Shown here: piece after piece, positions 13,993 through 24,760 of the stretch | Position numbering within the stretch: the stretch's first letter is position 1 | How the letters are laid out: every line of letters starts with the position of its first letter | NCBI GenBank assembly: GCA_964016885.1 | Contig: OZ024750.1 | Coordinates: forward strand, 41,726,001-41,790,000 | Length of the DNA stretch: 64,000 nucleotides | Reading direction: 5' to 3' | DNA from: Eledone cirrhosa | Taxonomy: Eukaryota | Notes under the pieces: model-generated | Databases searched by the model: none | Seen by the model: only the letters and a program-made list of their open reading frames with translations | What the model was told of the DNA's origin: nothing | Program-made: the position numbers and the translations under genes

Positions 13993-16900
13993 ATCATCAT
14001 CATCATCATCATCATCATTTTACGTCCGCTTTTCCCTGCTTGCAAGGGTGGGACGGGTCTTATTCAGCACAGCATCTCTCCACTCGTCACGGTCCCTCGT
14101 CATCTCCACCGTGAGCTTCAATGATCTGAGGTCTGTTCTCACCACCTCCGCCCATGTTTTTCGTGGTCTACCTCTACCACGTCTTCCCTCAACTGGCATT
14201 TCCTGGCACTTCTTCACCCATCGGTCATCCTCCATGCGCATCACATGTCCATACCACCTCAGTCTCCTCTCCCGTACACTACATTCTATCCCTCTCAGAC
14301 ACAGTTTCTCTCTCAACACATTTATGCTGGGTCGTTCACGCACATTTACACTGCACATCCAACGGAGCATGCTTGCCTCATTTCTCTCCAGCCGTCGCAT
14401 ATCCTCTGCGGTTGCTGCCCATGTCTCACTACCATGCAGCATCGCGCTCCTCACACAGGCATCATACAACCGGCCTTTCGTATGCAGGGAGAAACCCTTC
14501 TTCGTCAACAGAGGAAGCAGCTCCCTAAACTTCTTCCAACCCGTCCTTATTACTATGGCCTCGGAACACCCTCCTCCCATGCTAATCTGATCTCCTAGGT
14601 ACCGGAAGCTATCCACCACTTCTATAGCGCCCTCTCGCATTTGAAAAATGTGTCTATCAGTGCGACTTCTACTGTCTAATTTCCCTGTACATCTACTGCA
14701 TACATATTTCTCCCTACCTGTTAGTTTGCCTGCTATCCCGCTACATCTCTTGTGTACCCAGGACCTGCATTGTGTGCATTTTATAGAATTTATGCCAGTT
14801 CCTTTTCTGCAAATCGAACATGGCCATTTCCCTGACGGAATCAGGGTTTTGTCCTCTTTTCTACTCATCAACACTTTTGTCTTAGCTAGATTTACTCTCA
14901 GTCCTCTTGCTTCCAACTGCTGTTTCCATAGCCGGAATTTATTCTCTAGCTCCTCTACTGATTCTGCCATAAGAGCCAGATCGTCAGCATAGAGAAGTTC
15001 CCATGGACAGCCAGTCTTAAACTCCTCTGTTATGGCTTGGAGGACTATAATGAACAAGAGCGGGCTGAGGACCGAACCCTGATGTACTCCTACTTGTATC
15101 TGGAATTCCTCACTAAACTCCATTCCTACTCTGACTTTACTGAGAGTACCTCTGTACAAAGTTTGCACTGTCCTCACAAGCCATTCCTCAACACCCAGCT
15201 TCCTTAGGGACCACCAGATGACAGATCGGGGTACCCTATCAAAGGCCTTCTCTAGGACAACAAAGGCTAAGTATAGTGGCTTATTCTTCTCTAAGAACCT
15301 CTCTTGCATTTGTCTCACCAAGAAGAGGGCATCTGTTGTACTCTTCCCAGGCACAAAACCAAACTGCTTTCTCATCTAGTTTGACCCTTTCTCTAATTAG
15401 TTGTGCTAAAATCCTTTCTGCCACTTTCATAACCTGATCTATCAGCTTTATACCCCTATAATTGCTCCTCTCCAAAGCATCCCCTTTACCTTTGTAGCAA
15501 TTTATGAGAATACTGCTGCACCAGTCTTTGGGTATGACACCACCATATATAGCCTGATTGATGATGCGTGCAACCAGTTTAGTGCCTACGTCCCCTGATG
15601 CCTTCAGCATCTCAGCAACTATTCCCGATGGTCCGGCCGCCTTACCATTCTTCATTTCCCTAATCGCCTCTTGGACCCTATATTCGTCAATCTCAATAGC
15701 TGGTCCCTCTGTCGGATCTACCAAGGGTAATTTCTCTCTCTCCCATTCGTTCTCCACATTCATCAGTCTCTCATAATGACATTTCCAGGCCTCCTTTTTC
15801 TGGTCATTCATGACACTAAGTACACCGGCATCATCCCGGACACATTTATCACCAACAACATCCTGATTTGCATTGACACACTGCCTTGCAATGTGGAACA
15901 CCGCACGCCTCTGATCTTCCCGTCGCAGAACATTGGCAAACTTCCTACTCTCTGCCTCCCTGCGTGCTAAGTACACCTGACGTCTAGCTTCTCTCTTAGT
16001 GGCTGTATATTCTTCCCTACTCCCACCCTTTTTCCAAGCCTTCCATGCTAGTCTTTTGTCTCTAATAGCCTTATCTACTGTGCTGTTCCACCACCAGGTC
16101 ACTCTCTGTCTGGTTGGAGCTCTGCTCCAGCCACAGGTTTCATCAGTAGCCTGCAGCAAGTTGTCACGTAAGAACTTCCAGTTATTATCTATGTCATACG
16201 TCTCTAAATCGTCTTCTTTTTCGTCATATACATCTTGAAGGGCTTTCCTAAATTTGAATTTTAGTGAAAGGTCTTTTAGCTTCCAGACCTTTCTTCTCCA
16301 CACCTTCCTATATGTCTCATTCCATCTCTTGCTTACTGAGATATCACTAACAACTAACCTATGCTGTGGGGTACATTCTTCCCCAGGGTATGCCTTGGTA
16401 TTAGACACTATCTGCCTGTCCCGCTGCCTAACTAGCAGGAAGTCAATCTGGCTTATGTGCTCACCAGATTTGTAGGTTATTAGGTGATTGGCAGGTTTCT
16501 GGAAGTTTGTGTTGCAAATAGTCAATGTACTTGCATCACAAAATTCAAGAAGTCTCACTCCTTTTTCATTTCTTGAACCGTAACCGTGCCCACCATGTAC
16601 CCCAGTGTAATCATCCTGGAGCTGTCCAACATGACCATTGAAGTCTCCTGCTAGCATAACGATGTCTCCGTCCTCTGTCATTGTGGTTGTTTGCAAGAGT
16701 TGCTCATAAAAGCAGTCTTTCTCATCTTTGCCTAGGCCTGCTTGGGGAGCATAGACCGAGATGATTGTCAGTAGTCTCCTACCTACAACTAATCTAAGCT
16801 TAATTATTCGATTACTAACTCGAACTACCTCTATTGTCTTATTGATCCATTTCTCAGCCAGGAAAATGCCTACTCCCCCTAACCCATCATCCTTACCTAC

Positions 16901-17078
16901 CTAGAATAGCTTATAGCTAAGACGCTTGCCTATGACTAGTCTTGCAGAGGCACCTCTCCATCTCACCTCTTGCACGCAGCACACATCCACCTGCCTTCTC
17001 TCCAGCATCTCCGCTATTTCAGCAGATCTACCTCTGAGAGTGCCAACATTAAGTGTTGCAACTCTGAGATGCGACGTC

Positions 17079-17083
<5 letters not shown>
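13993..17083 (-). mobile_element. RTE-clade non-LTR retrotransposon (LINE), coding region essentially complete, (GAT)n tail
   Basis: Single APE+RT reading frame reconstructed from three ORF pieces; the stop codon at 14022-14020 is followed almost directly by a (GAT)n tail; the 5' end abuts an (AT)n run. Confidence 0.95.
14020..17083 (-). pseudogene. Disabled APE endonuclease / reverse transcriptase ORF (~1020 codons)
   Basis: APE motifs [46 protein letters not shown]; RT motifs NYRGIKL, QFGF, LEKAFD, GVHQGSVLSPLLF, YADDL, FRYLG; RTE C-terminus RLRWYGHV..RGRGRPRKTW. Lesions: TAG at 16903-16901 (likely Trp), +1 frameshift near 15369, GTC (Val) at 15258-15256 in place of the motif-A Asp. Confidence 0.93.
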
Positions 17084-17278
<195 letters not shown>

Positions 17279-17280
17279 TT

Positions 17281-17537
17281 TGCCACGGCAAAAAAGCACC
17301 CAGCCCACACTGTAAAGTGGACGTGTAGGCACCACAGAAAAAGCACCCAGCACTCACTGTAAATGAGGTTAGTGTTAGGAAGGGCATCCAGCTGTAGAAA
17401 TTAAGCCAAAATCAGTCCCTGTATGAGCAAGGCATGGTCAGCCGACTAGACACTGCCCACAACAGGACAACCTGTCTAACCCATGCTAGCATGGAAGAAC
17501 GGACGTAAAACGGTGATGATGATGATGATGATGATGA
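17281..17537 (+). mobile_element. RTE-tailed SINE-like element, 5'-truncated
   Basis: TGCCAC..AAAAAGCACCCAG..CTGTAAA segment (twice), GTTAGGAAGGGCATCCAGCTGTAGAAA motif, tail CCATGCTAGCATGGAAGAACGGACGTAAAACGGT(GAT)n resembling the LINE 3' end. Confidence 0.85.
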
Positions 17538-17794
17538 TATTTCATGGCATGACTTTTCATTGAACAACTTCATTCATCAAAGTGACTTCTTATTAAAAAG
17601 ACTTTTGTTGTAAGAATGTTCCATATAAAAATTTTCTAAATATAGAATAATTCTAATACGAAATAAAATTAGAATTTCCATCTGTAAATTTAGTTTAAAA
17701 AAAAGTAAAACAGTGAGAGAGCTTTAAAAATATCTCCTTGTACTATTTTCATATTTTCATATAGGTTAAATACATCATACACAATCAAGCCCAC

Positions 17795-17862
17795 CAACGT
17801 CAACTTTGTCTTTCATCCTTTTGAGGTTGATAGAAAAAATACCAGTCTAGTACTGTGGTTGA
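17795..17862 (+). mobile_element. Degraded fragment of the tRNA-headed SINE core
   Basis: GTCAACTTTGTCTTTCATCCTTTTGAGGTTGATAGAAAAAATACCAG matches the SINE core. Confidence 0.65.
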
Positions 17863-18055
17863 TTCTTCCTCTATATCTCTTTCTCACTTCCTCTCTCCCT
17901 CTTTCTATTCTTCCCTGGAAGAAATCTGCTGTATTCAGGTCTGGAGAGGAGATGGGGTCTGCCGGGCTTAAAAGATGCCCTGGAAAAATGCTGTATGTCA
18001 CTACAGGACCCTTATGACTTCACCAGGAGTTATGGGATTAAAAGAAATAGATCAC

Positions 18056-19577
18056 CATCATCATCATCATCATCATCATCATCATGTCAAGTTTCCTCAG
18101 ACTCCATAGATATTTATACTTCTCCACTTGTCCTCATCCAACATGGCTTCCGCGAGTTCATTTCTTTCTGAGACTTGTGTCTTTACAAACCTACTCCAGA
18201 AACGTAGCAAGAGGCCAACATCTTGTTCTTCTACCATGTGACATTTCCCATAGCAGTATCTGGTGTAATGTCTGACATGTGACAGTTCCCATAGCAGTAT
18301 CTGGTGTAATGTCTCAGTCATGTGACAGTTCCCATAGCAGTAACTGGTGTAATGTCTCAGTCATGTGACAGTTTCCATAGCAGTAACTGGTATAATACAT
18401 CAGTCTTGTACAGTTCCTATAGCAGTAACTGGTATAATGTCTCAGACAGTTCCTATAGCAGTATCTGGTGTAATGTCTCAGTCATGTGACAGTTTCCATA
18501 GCAGTATCTGGTATAATGTCTCAGTCATGTGACAGTTTCCATAGCAGTAACTGGTATAATACATCAGTCTTGTACAGTTCCTATAGCAGTAACTGGTATA
18601 ATGTCTCAGTCATGTGACATTTCCCATAGCAGTATCTGGTATAATGTCTCAGTCATGTGACAGTTTCCATAGCAGTAACTAGTATAATACATCAGTCTTG
18701 TACAGTTCCTATAGCAGTAACTGGTATAATGTCTCAGACAGTTCCTATAGCAGTAACTGGTATAATGTCTGACATGTGACAGTTCCCATAGCAGTATCTG
18801 GTGTAATGTCTCAGTCATGTGACAGTTTCCATAGCAGTAACTGGTATAATACATCAGTCTTGTACAGTTCCTATAGCAGTAACTGGTATAATGTCTCAGA
18901 CAGTTCCTATAGCAGTAACTGGTATAATGTCTGACATGTGACAGTTCCCATAGCAGTATCTGGTGTAATGTCTCAGTCATGTGACAGTTTCCATAGCAGT
19001 AACTGGTATAATGTCTGACATGTGACAGTTCCCATAGCAGTATCTGGTGTAATGTCTCAGTCATGTACAGTTCCTATAGCAGTAACTGGTATAATGCCTG
19101 TCATGTGACAGTTCCCATAGCAGTAACTGGTATAATGCCTGTCATGTGACAGTTCTCATAGCAGTAACTGGTATAATGTCTCAGTCATGTACAGTTCCTA
19201 TAGCAGTAACTGGTATAATGCCTGTCATGTGACAGTTCCCATAGCAGTAACTGGTATAATGCCTGTCATGTGACAGTTCTCATAGCAGTAACTAGTATAA
19301 TGTCTCAGTCATGTGACAGTCCCCATAGCAGTAACTGGTGCAATGTCTGTCATGTGACAGTTCCTATAACAGTAACTGGTATAATGTCTGTCATGTGACA
19401 GTTCCTATAACAGTAACTGGTATAACGTCAATCATGTGACAGTTACCATAGCAGTAACTGGTATAATGTCTGTCATGTGACAGTTCCTATAACAGTAACT
19501 GGTATAATGTCTGTCATGTGACAGTCCCCATAGCAGTAGCATGTATAACGTCTCTGCCTCATCTCTTCACCATACGT
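18056..19577 (-). mobile_element. Old RTE-like LINE 3' fragment interrupted by its own minisatellite
   Basis: Minus-strand translation LIGHVW*RDEAETLYMLLLW (from 19577) ... TLHQILLWEMSHGRRTRCWPLATFLE*VCKDTSL / ERNELAEAMLDEDKWR, then (GAT)n tail at 18085-18056. Confidence 0.8.
18235..19550. repeat. ~43-bp minisatellite with shorter variants (~30 copies)
   Basis: Unit GTCATGTGACAGTTCCCATAGCAGTAACTGGTGTAATGTCTCA. Confidence 0.95.
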
Positions 19578-19585
19578 GACCTATG

Positions 19586-19938
19586 AGTCTACCACCTTAC
19601 AGGGTAGACTGGGTGCATTTTATTGTGGCACCAGCACTGTCACCTTACAGAGTAGACTGGGTGCATTTTATTGTGGCACCAGCTCTGTCACCTTACAGGG
19701 TAGACTGGGTGCATTTTATTGTGGTACCAGCACTGTCACCTTACAGAGTAGACTGGGTGCATTTTATTGTGGCACCAGCACTGTCACCTTACAGAGTAGA
19801 CTGGGTGCATTTTATTGTGGCACCAGCACTGTCACCTTACAGAGTAGACTGGGTGCATTTTATTGTGGCACCAGCACTGTCACCTTACAGAGTAGACTGG
19901 GTGAATTTTATTGTGGCACCTGCACTACCATTTTACAG
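19586..19938. repeat. 48-bp minisatellite (~7 copies), SINE-derived
   Basis: Unit ACCTTACAGAGTAGACTGGGTGCATTTTATTGTGGCACCAGCACTGTC; reverse complement resembles 17281-17315. Confidence 0.93.
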
Positions 19939-20002
19939 ATTCCCTAAGTGACACCAATGAACTGTCAGGATAGAAACATTTTTAACAAATATTATTTGAA
20001 AT

Positions 20003-20176
20003 TGGCAGTATTGGTAGAGTGTCGGACGCCATGCTTTCCAGCATAGTTACGTCCCTTTACGATCTGAGTTCAAATCCCGCCGAGGTTGACTTTGCCTTTC
20101 ATCCTTACGGGGTCGATAAAATAAAGTACCAGTAATGCACTGAGTAATTGCTGGCCTTGTGCCTAAAGTAGAAACA
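20003..20176 (+). mobile_element. tRNA-headed SINE
   Basis: GAGTTCAAATCC, core and tail present; 12-bp TSD ATTATTTGAAAT at 19991-20002 and 20177-20188. Confidence 0.92.
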
Positions 20177-20214
20177 ATTATTTGAAATAATAACATAATG
20201 GAATATTGCTGCAG

Positions 20215-20500
20215 AGAGTTACGTCCCTTTACATTCTAAGTTCAAATCCCACTGAATTTAGCTTTACCTTTCATCTTTATGGGGTCGATAAAATAAAGTA
20301 TCAGCAACAAACTGGGGTCAATTTAATTGACTTACCCCTTGCCCAAAATTGTTAGCCTTAAGCCTAAATCACAAGCTATATATTTTGAGTTCAAATCTTG
20401 CTGAGGTTAGCTTTGCCTTAACGGATTCATAAAATAAAGTACCAGTAATGCACTGGTGTTGATTTAATTGTTGGCCTTATGCCTAAATCAGAAACCAATA
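20215..20500 (+). mobile_element. Two degraded, 5'-truncated copies of the same SINE in tandem
   Basis: AGTTCAAATC..CTTT(A/G)CCTT..ATAAAATAAAGTA..GCCT..GCCTAAATCA twice (~20215-20380, ~20385-20500). Confidence 0.75.
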
Positions 20501-20699
20501 TGAAATTTTCATTGCCATTAACAACCCGCCTTACCTAAATACAAAGTAAAACCTACTACAGTCAGTAGGCACCTCTAACAAAATACACCCCCGTCCCACT
20601 ACCCCCACCCTATCCACACCGCCCCTTTCAATGTAAAGTTATGTTGGTACCACAACATCCAGTCCGAAACAAATGAGGTTGTGTAGGTATCATGACAAA

Positions 20700-21492
20700 A
20701 AAACACACAGTCCACGCTGTAATGTGGCCGTGTAGGCAACACGGTAAAAACCTCCCAGTTCCACACTGTAAATGTGGTTGGTGTTAGGAAGGGCATCCAG
20801 CCGTAGAAAACCCACCAGACAGTCCACGCTGTAATGTGGCCGTGTAGGTAACATGGTAAAAGCCTCCCAGTTCCACACTGTAAATGTGGTTGGTGTTAGG
20901 AAGGGCATCCAGCCGTAGAAAACCCACCAGACAGTCCACGCTGTAATGTGGCCGTGTAGGTAACATGGTAAAAGCCTCCCAGTTCCACACTGTAAATGTG
21001 GTTGGTGTTAGGAAGGGCATCCAGCCATAGAAAACCCGCCAGACAGTCCACGCTGTAATGTGGCCATGTAGGTAACACGGTAAAAACCTCCCAGTTCCAC
21101 ACTGTAAATGTGGTTGGTGTTAGGAAGGGCATCCAGCCATAGAAAACCCGCCAGACACTCCACGCTGTAATGTGGCCGTGTAGGTAACACGGTAAAAACC
21201 TCCCAGTTCCACACTGTAAATGTGGTTGGTGTTAGGAAGGGCATCCAGCCGTAGAAAACCCGCCAGACACTCCACGCTGTAATGTGGCCGTGTAGGTAAC
21301 ACGGTAAAAACCTCCCAGTTCCACACTGTAAATGTGGTTGGTGTTAGGAAGGGCATCCAGCCGTAGAAAACCCGCCAGACAGTCCTATACGAGCAAGACA
21401 ACCACTCTTGCCTCAAGTGGGAAAACTCCCGTCCAAACCCATGCAAGCGTGGAATATGGACGTTAAACGATGATGATGATGATGATGATGAT
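20700..21492 (+). mobile_element. RTE-tailed SINE-like element with internal 112-bp unit amplified six times
   Basis: 112-bp period (AGTCCACGCT at 20709, 20821, ...) containing GTTAGGAAGGGCATCCAGCCGTAGAAA, followed by CCATGCAAGCGTGGAATATGGACGTTAAAC(GAT)n. Confidence 0.88.
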
Positions 21493-21699
21493 TGATTCTC
21501 TATCAACCATTATGTCTTTGGAAGACCCAGTGCCATATTTCTGCCATTCCTGATTATTCCAGAAATGTTTCCCATTGTTCTATAACTCCATAGAAAGGTA
21601 AAAACATCCAATATTTCCCAGGCAACACACAAGTCTTTCACCTACTCTCACTCCTTTGTCAAAGCATTCCAGCAAAGAATTCTTTACCTTTCATCTGGA

Positions 21700-21759
21700 A
21701 GTTGCTGCTGTTGTTGCTGCTGCTGCTGCTGTTGTTGTTGTGGCTGCTGGTGTTGCTAC

Positions 21760-21791
<32 letters not shown>

Positions 21792-22218
21792 CTGTTGCTG
21801 CTGTGGATGCTGCTGTTGCTGTGGCTGTGGCTGTTGTTGTTGTTGTGGCTGCTGGTGTTGCTACTGTTGCTGTTGCTGCTGCTTCTGTTGTGGCTGCTGC
21901 TGTTGCTGCTGTTGTTGTTGTGGCTGCTGCTGTTGCTACTGCTGCTGTTGCTACTGCTGTTGCTGCTGCTGTTGCTGCTGCTGTTGCTGCTGCTGTTGCT
22001 GTTGCTGCTGCTTCTGTTGTGGCTGCTGCTGTTGTTGCTGTTGCTGTTGCTGCTGATGTTGTTGTTGTTGTTGTTGTTGTTGTGGCTGCTGATGTTGCTA
22101 CTGTTGCTGTTGCTGCTGCTTCTGTTGTGGCTGCTGCTGTTGCTGCTGTTGTTGTTGTGGCTGCTGCTGTTGCTACTGCTGCTGTTGCTACTGCTGTTGC
22201 TGCAGCGGTTGCTGCTGC

Positions 22219-22253
<35 letters not shown>

Positions 22254-23053
22254 CTTCTGTTGTGGCTGCTGCTGTTGTTGCTGTTGCTGTTGCTGCTGAT
22301 GTTGTTGTTGTTGTTGTTGTTGTTGTGGCTGCTGATGTTGCTACTGTTGCTGTTGCTGCTGCTTCTGTTGTGGCTGCTGCTGTTGCTGCTGTTGTTGTTG
22401 TGGCTGCTGTTGTTGCTGCTGTTGCTGTGGCTGATGCTGCTGTTGTTGTTGTTGTTGTGGCTGCTGATGTTGCTACTGTTGCTGTTGCTGCTGCTTCTGT
22501 TGTGGCTGCTGCTGTTCCTACTGCTGTTGCTGCTGTGGTTGCTGCTGTTGTTGCTGTTGTTGTTGTCGCTGCTGATGTTGCTATTGTTGTTGTTGCTGCT
22601 GCTGTTGCTGCTGCTGTTGCTGATGCTGCTGTTGTTGTTGTTGTGGCTGCTGGTGCTGTTTCTGTGGTTGTTGTTGTGGCTGCTGATGTTGCTGCTGTTG
22701 CTGCTACTGTTGCTGTTGTTGTTATTGTGGCTGCTGAAGTTGCTTCTGTTGCTGCTACTGTTGCTGTGGCTGATGCTGCTTTTGTTGTTGTTGTGGCTGC
22801 TGTTGTTGCTACTGTTGCTGTTGCTGCTGCTTCTGTTGTGGCTGATGCTGTTGCTGTTCCTGCTGTTGTTGTTGCTGTTGTTGTTGTATCTGTTGCTGTT
22901 GTATCTGTTGCTGTTCCTGCTGTTGTTGTTGCTGCTGTTGTTGTTGTTGTATCTGTTGCTGTTGCTGTTGTTGTTATTGTTGTTGTTGTAGCTGATGTTG
23001 CTGTTGCTGTTGTTGTTGCTGCTGTTGCTGCTGCTGTTGCTGCTGCTGCTGTT
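21700..23053. repeat. Compound (GTT/GCT)n trinucleotide array
   Basis: Visible; produces the poly-AV, poly-L and poly-NS ORFs. Confidence 0.97.
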
Positions 23054-23144
23054 ACAATGTGTGACAGTCAATTAATATTGGTTTCTAATTTTGCCCCACG
23101 ACCAGCAATTACATCATATACTGGGGCATCTTATGGCTCTAGCT

Positions 23145-23332
23145 ATACAGAGTGTACTGGGTGTAAGATATCATGACACCAGCACTACTCCGTTACAGAG
23201 TATACTGGGGGAATGTTATGACTCCAGCACTACTCCTTTACAGAGTGTACTGGGTGCATGTTATTGTGGCACCAGCACAGCACTACCATTTTACAGAGTG
23301 TACTGGGTGCATGTTATTGCAGCACCAACACT
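23145..23332. repeat. ~4 degenerate copies of the SINE-derived ~48-bp unit
   Basis: TACAGAGTGTACTGGGTGCATGTTATTGTGGCACCAGCAC repeated. Confidence 0.8.
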
Positions 23333-23386
23333 AGAGAGCTCAATATGTTTTTATACAATTCTCACTCTCCTTACACATCACAAGTC

Positions 23387-23429
23387 CACCACTACCACCA
23401 CCACCACCACTACCACCACCACCACCACC

Positions 23430-23481
<52 letters not shown>

Positions 23482-23558
23482 CGACGACGACGACGACGAC
23501 GACAACAACAACAACAACAACAACAGCAACAACAACAACAACAACAACGACGACGACA
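23387..23558. repeat. (CAC)n-(CAA)n-(GAC)n compound microsatellite
   Basis: Visible. Confidence 0.95.
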
Positions 23559-23867
23559 ATGTCCTCACCTTTCTAATTATAATAGTTTATAACAAAACAA
23601 GTGATGACGGACATCATAGTGTGATATAATAAACTGAGCTATAGATTAGAGTTTTCTAAAGTCCCATGGACTCTAAATGATGATATCAGTTCCAAAGAAC
23701 ACTAGGGTTCCATAATGAAATTCTGAAGTTCCACAAGATAAGACATCTTTTAATGAAAAAAAAAAATTATGTCTTTTCTTTTTATGTGAAGAAATCCCCT
23801 CTCTAAAACAATTTCTATTTCATCTCATGTCTTATTAAAATTAGGGTGGCAAGAGGTGTCTGTAAAA

Positions 23868-24045
23868 TATAGGTGTGTATTCCATGATTTGGGGAAAATG
23901 TATCAGTTATTCTGTAATAAAGTAATAGGTGTGTATTCCATGGCTTTTGGAAAATTGTAGGAGTTGTTTCGTGACAAAATAATAGGAATGTGTTCCATGG
24001 TTTGGGGAAAATTATAACAGTTATTCCGTGACAAAATAAGTTTGG
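23868..24045. repeat. Old degenerate ~57-bp tandem repeat, 3 copies
   Basis: ATAGG..TGT..TTCCATG..TT..GGAAAAT..AGTT.TT three times. Confidence 0.6.
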
Positions 24046-24567
24046 AAAGAACCATTATAGAGATGTTTGTATCCAGAATCTCACAGTAATACGTTTGCCA
24101 ATGCTTCTCCAAATTTGTTTTGTTTTTGTTGTTTATTTTCTATTAAAGAAATTGCTTTTGGTAAAACTTTTACAATACTATTGTGTGATGGCAGTGAAAG
24201 AATCTACTTCCCACTTCAAATAATTTGCTACTGAAGGTGATAGAATACTCTGGGGATTTCTTAATATATAATTAACCTTTTAAAAGAAACATAGAAATGA
24301 AAGCTCCATTACAGAAACCATACAAATAACATTGTAACTCTTCTCTGTTCATTATGAAGAAGTCAGGTTACAGTTTTCTACACTGCAACAATCATTTGGT
24401 AATTATTCTTCCATTTCTGGTGGTGCCAGACAGAAGGACTAAATCCCAGAGTTAAAACCAAATTAATCAGTTTGTGAGAATAACTTCTAGTTATCAGGTG
24501 CAAAACAAACATTTCATTACTGCAACTATTCCAACCTCTCACTACATTACATTAAATTATACCCATT

Positions 24568-24760
24568 ACCATCATTTTATGTCTGCTCTCCGTGTTGGCA
24601 TGGGTTGGACAGGATGGTGTCATAACCTCAGACAAGATATGGTCAGATAACTGTCATGCTCATAAGTATTCTGATGTGGATTCTACAGCAGATGCCCATC
24701 CTAACGCCAGACACTTCACAGCATGGACTATGTGTATGTGCTTTCTATTGTGGCACCAGT
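24568..24760 (-). mobile_element. Degraded RTE-tailed SINE-like element leading into the 48-bp array
   Basis: Reverse complement reads GGTGCCACAATAGAAAGCAC..GCGTTAGGATGGGCATCTGCTGTAGAA..CCTGTCCAACCCATGCCAACACGGAGAGCAGACATAAAATGATGG. Confidence 0.75.

Noticed and set aside
21656-23629. Poly-AV, poly-L, poly-NS and poly-T/H/N ORFs
   Set aside because: Trinucleotide microsatellites open in several frames on both strands; no splice or domain support.
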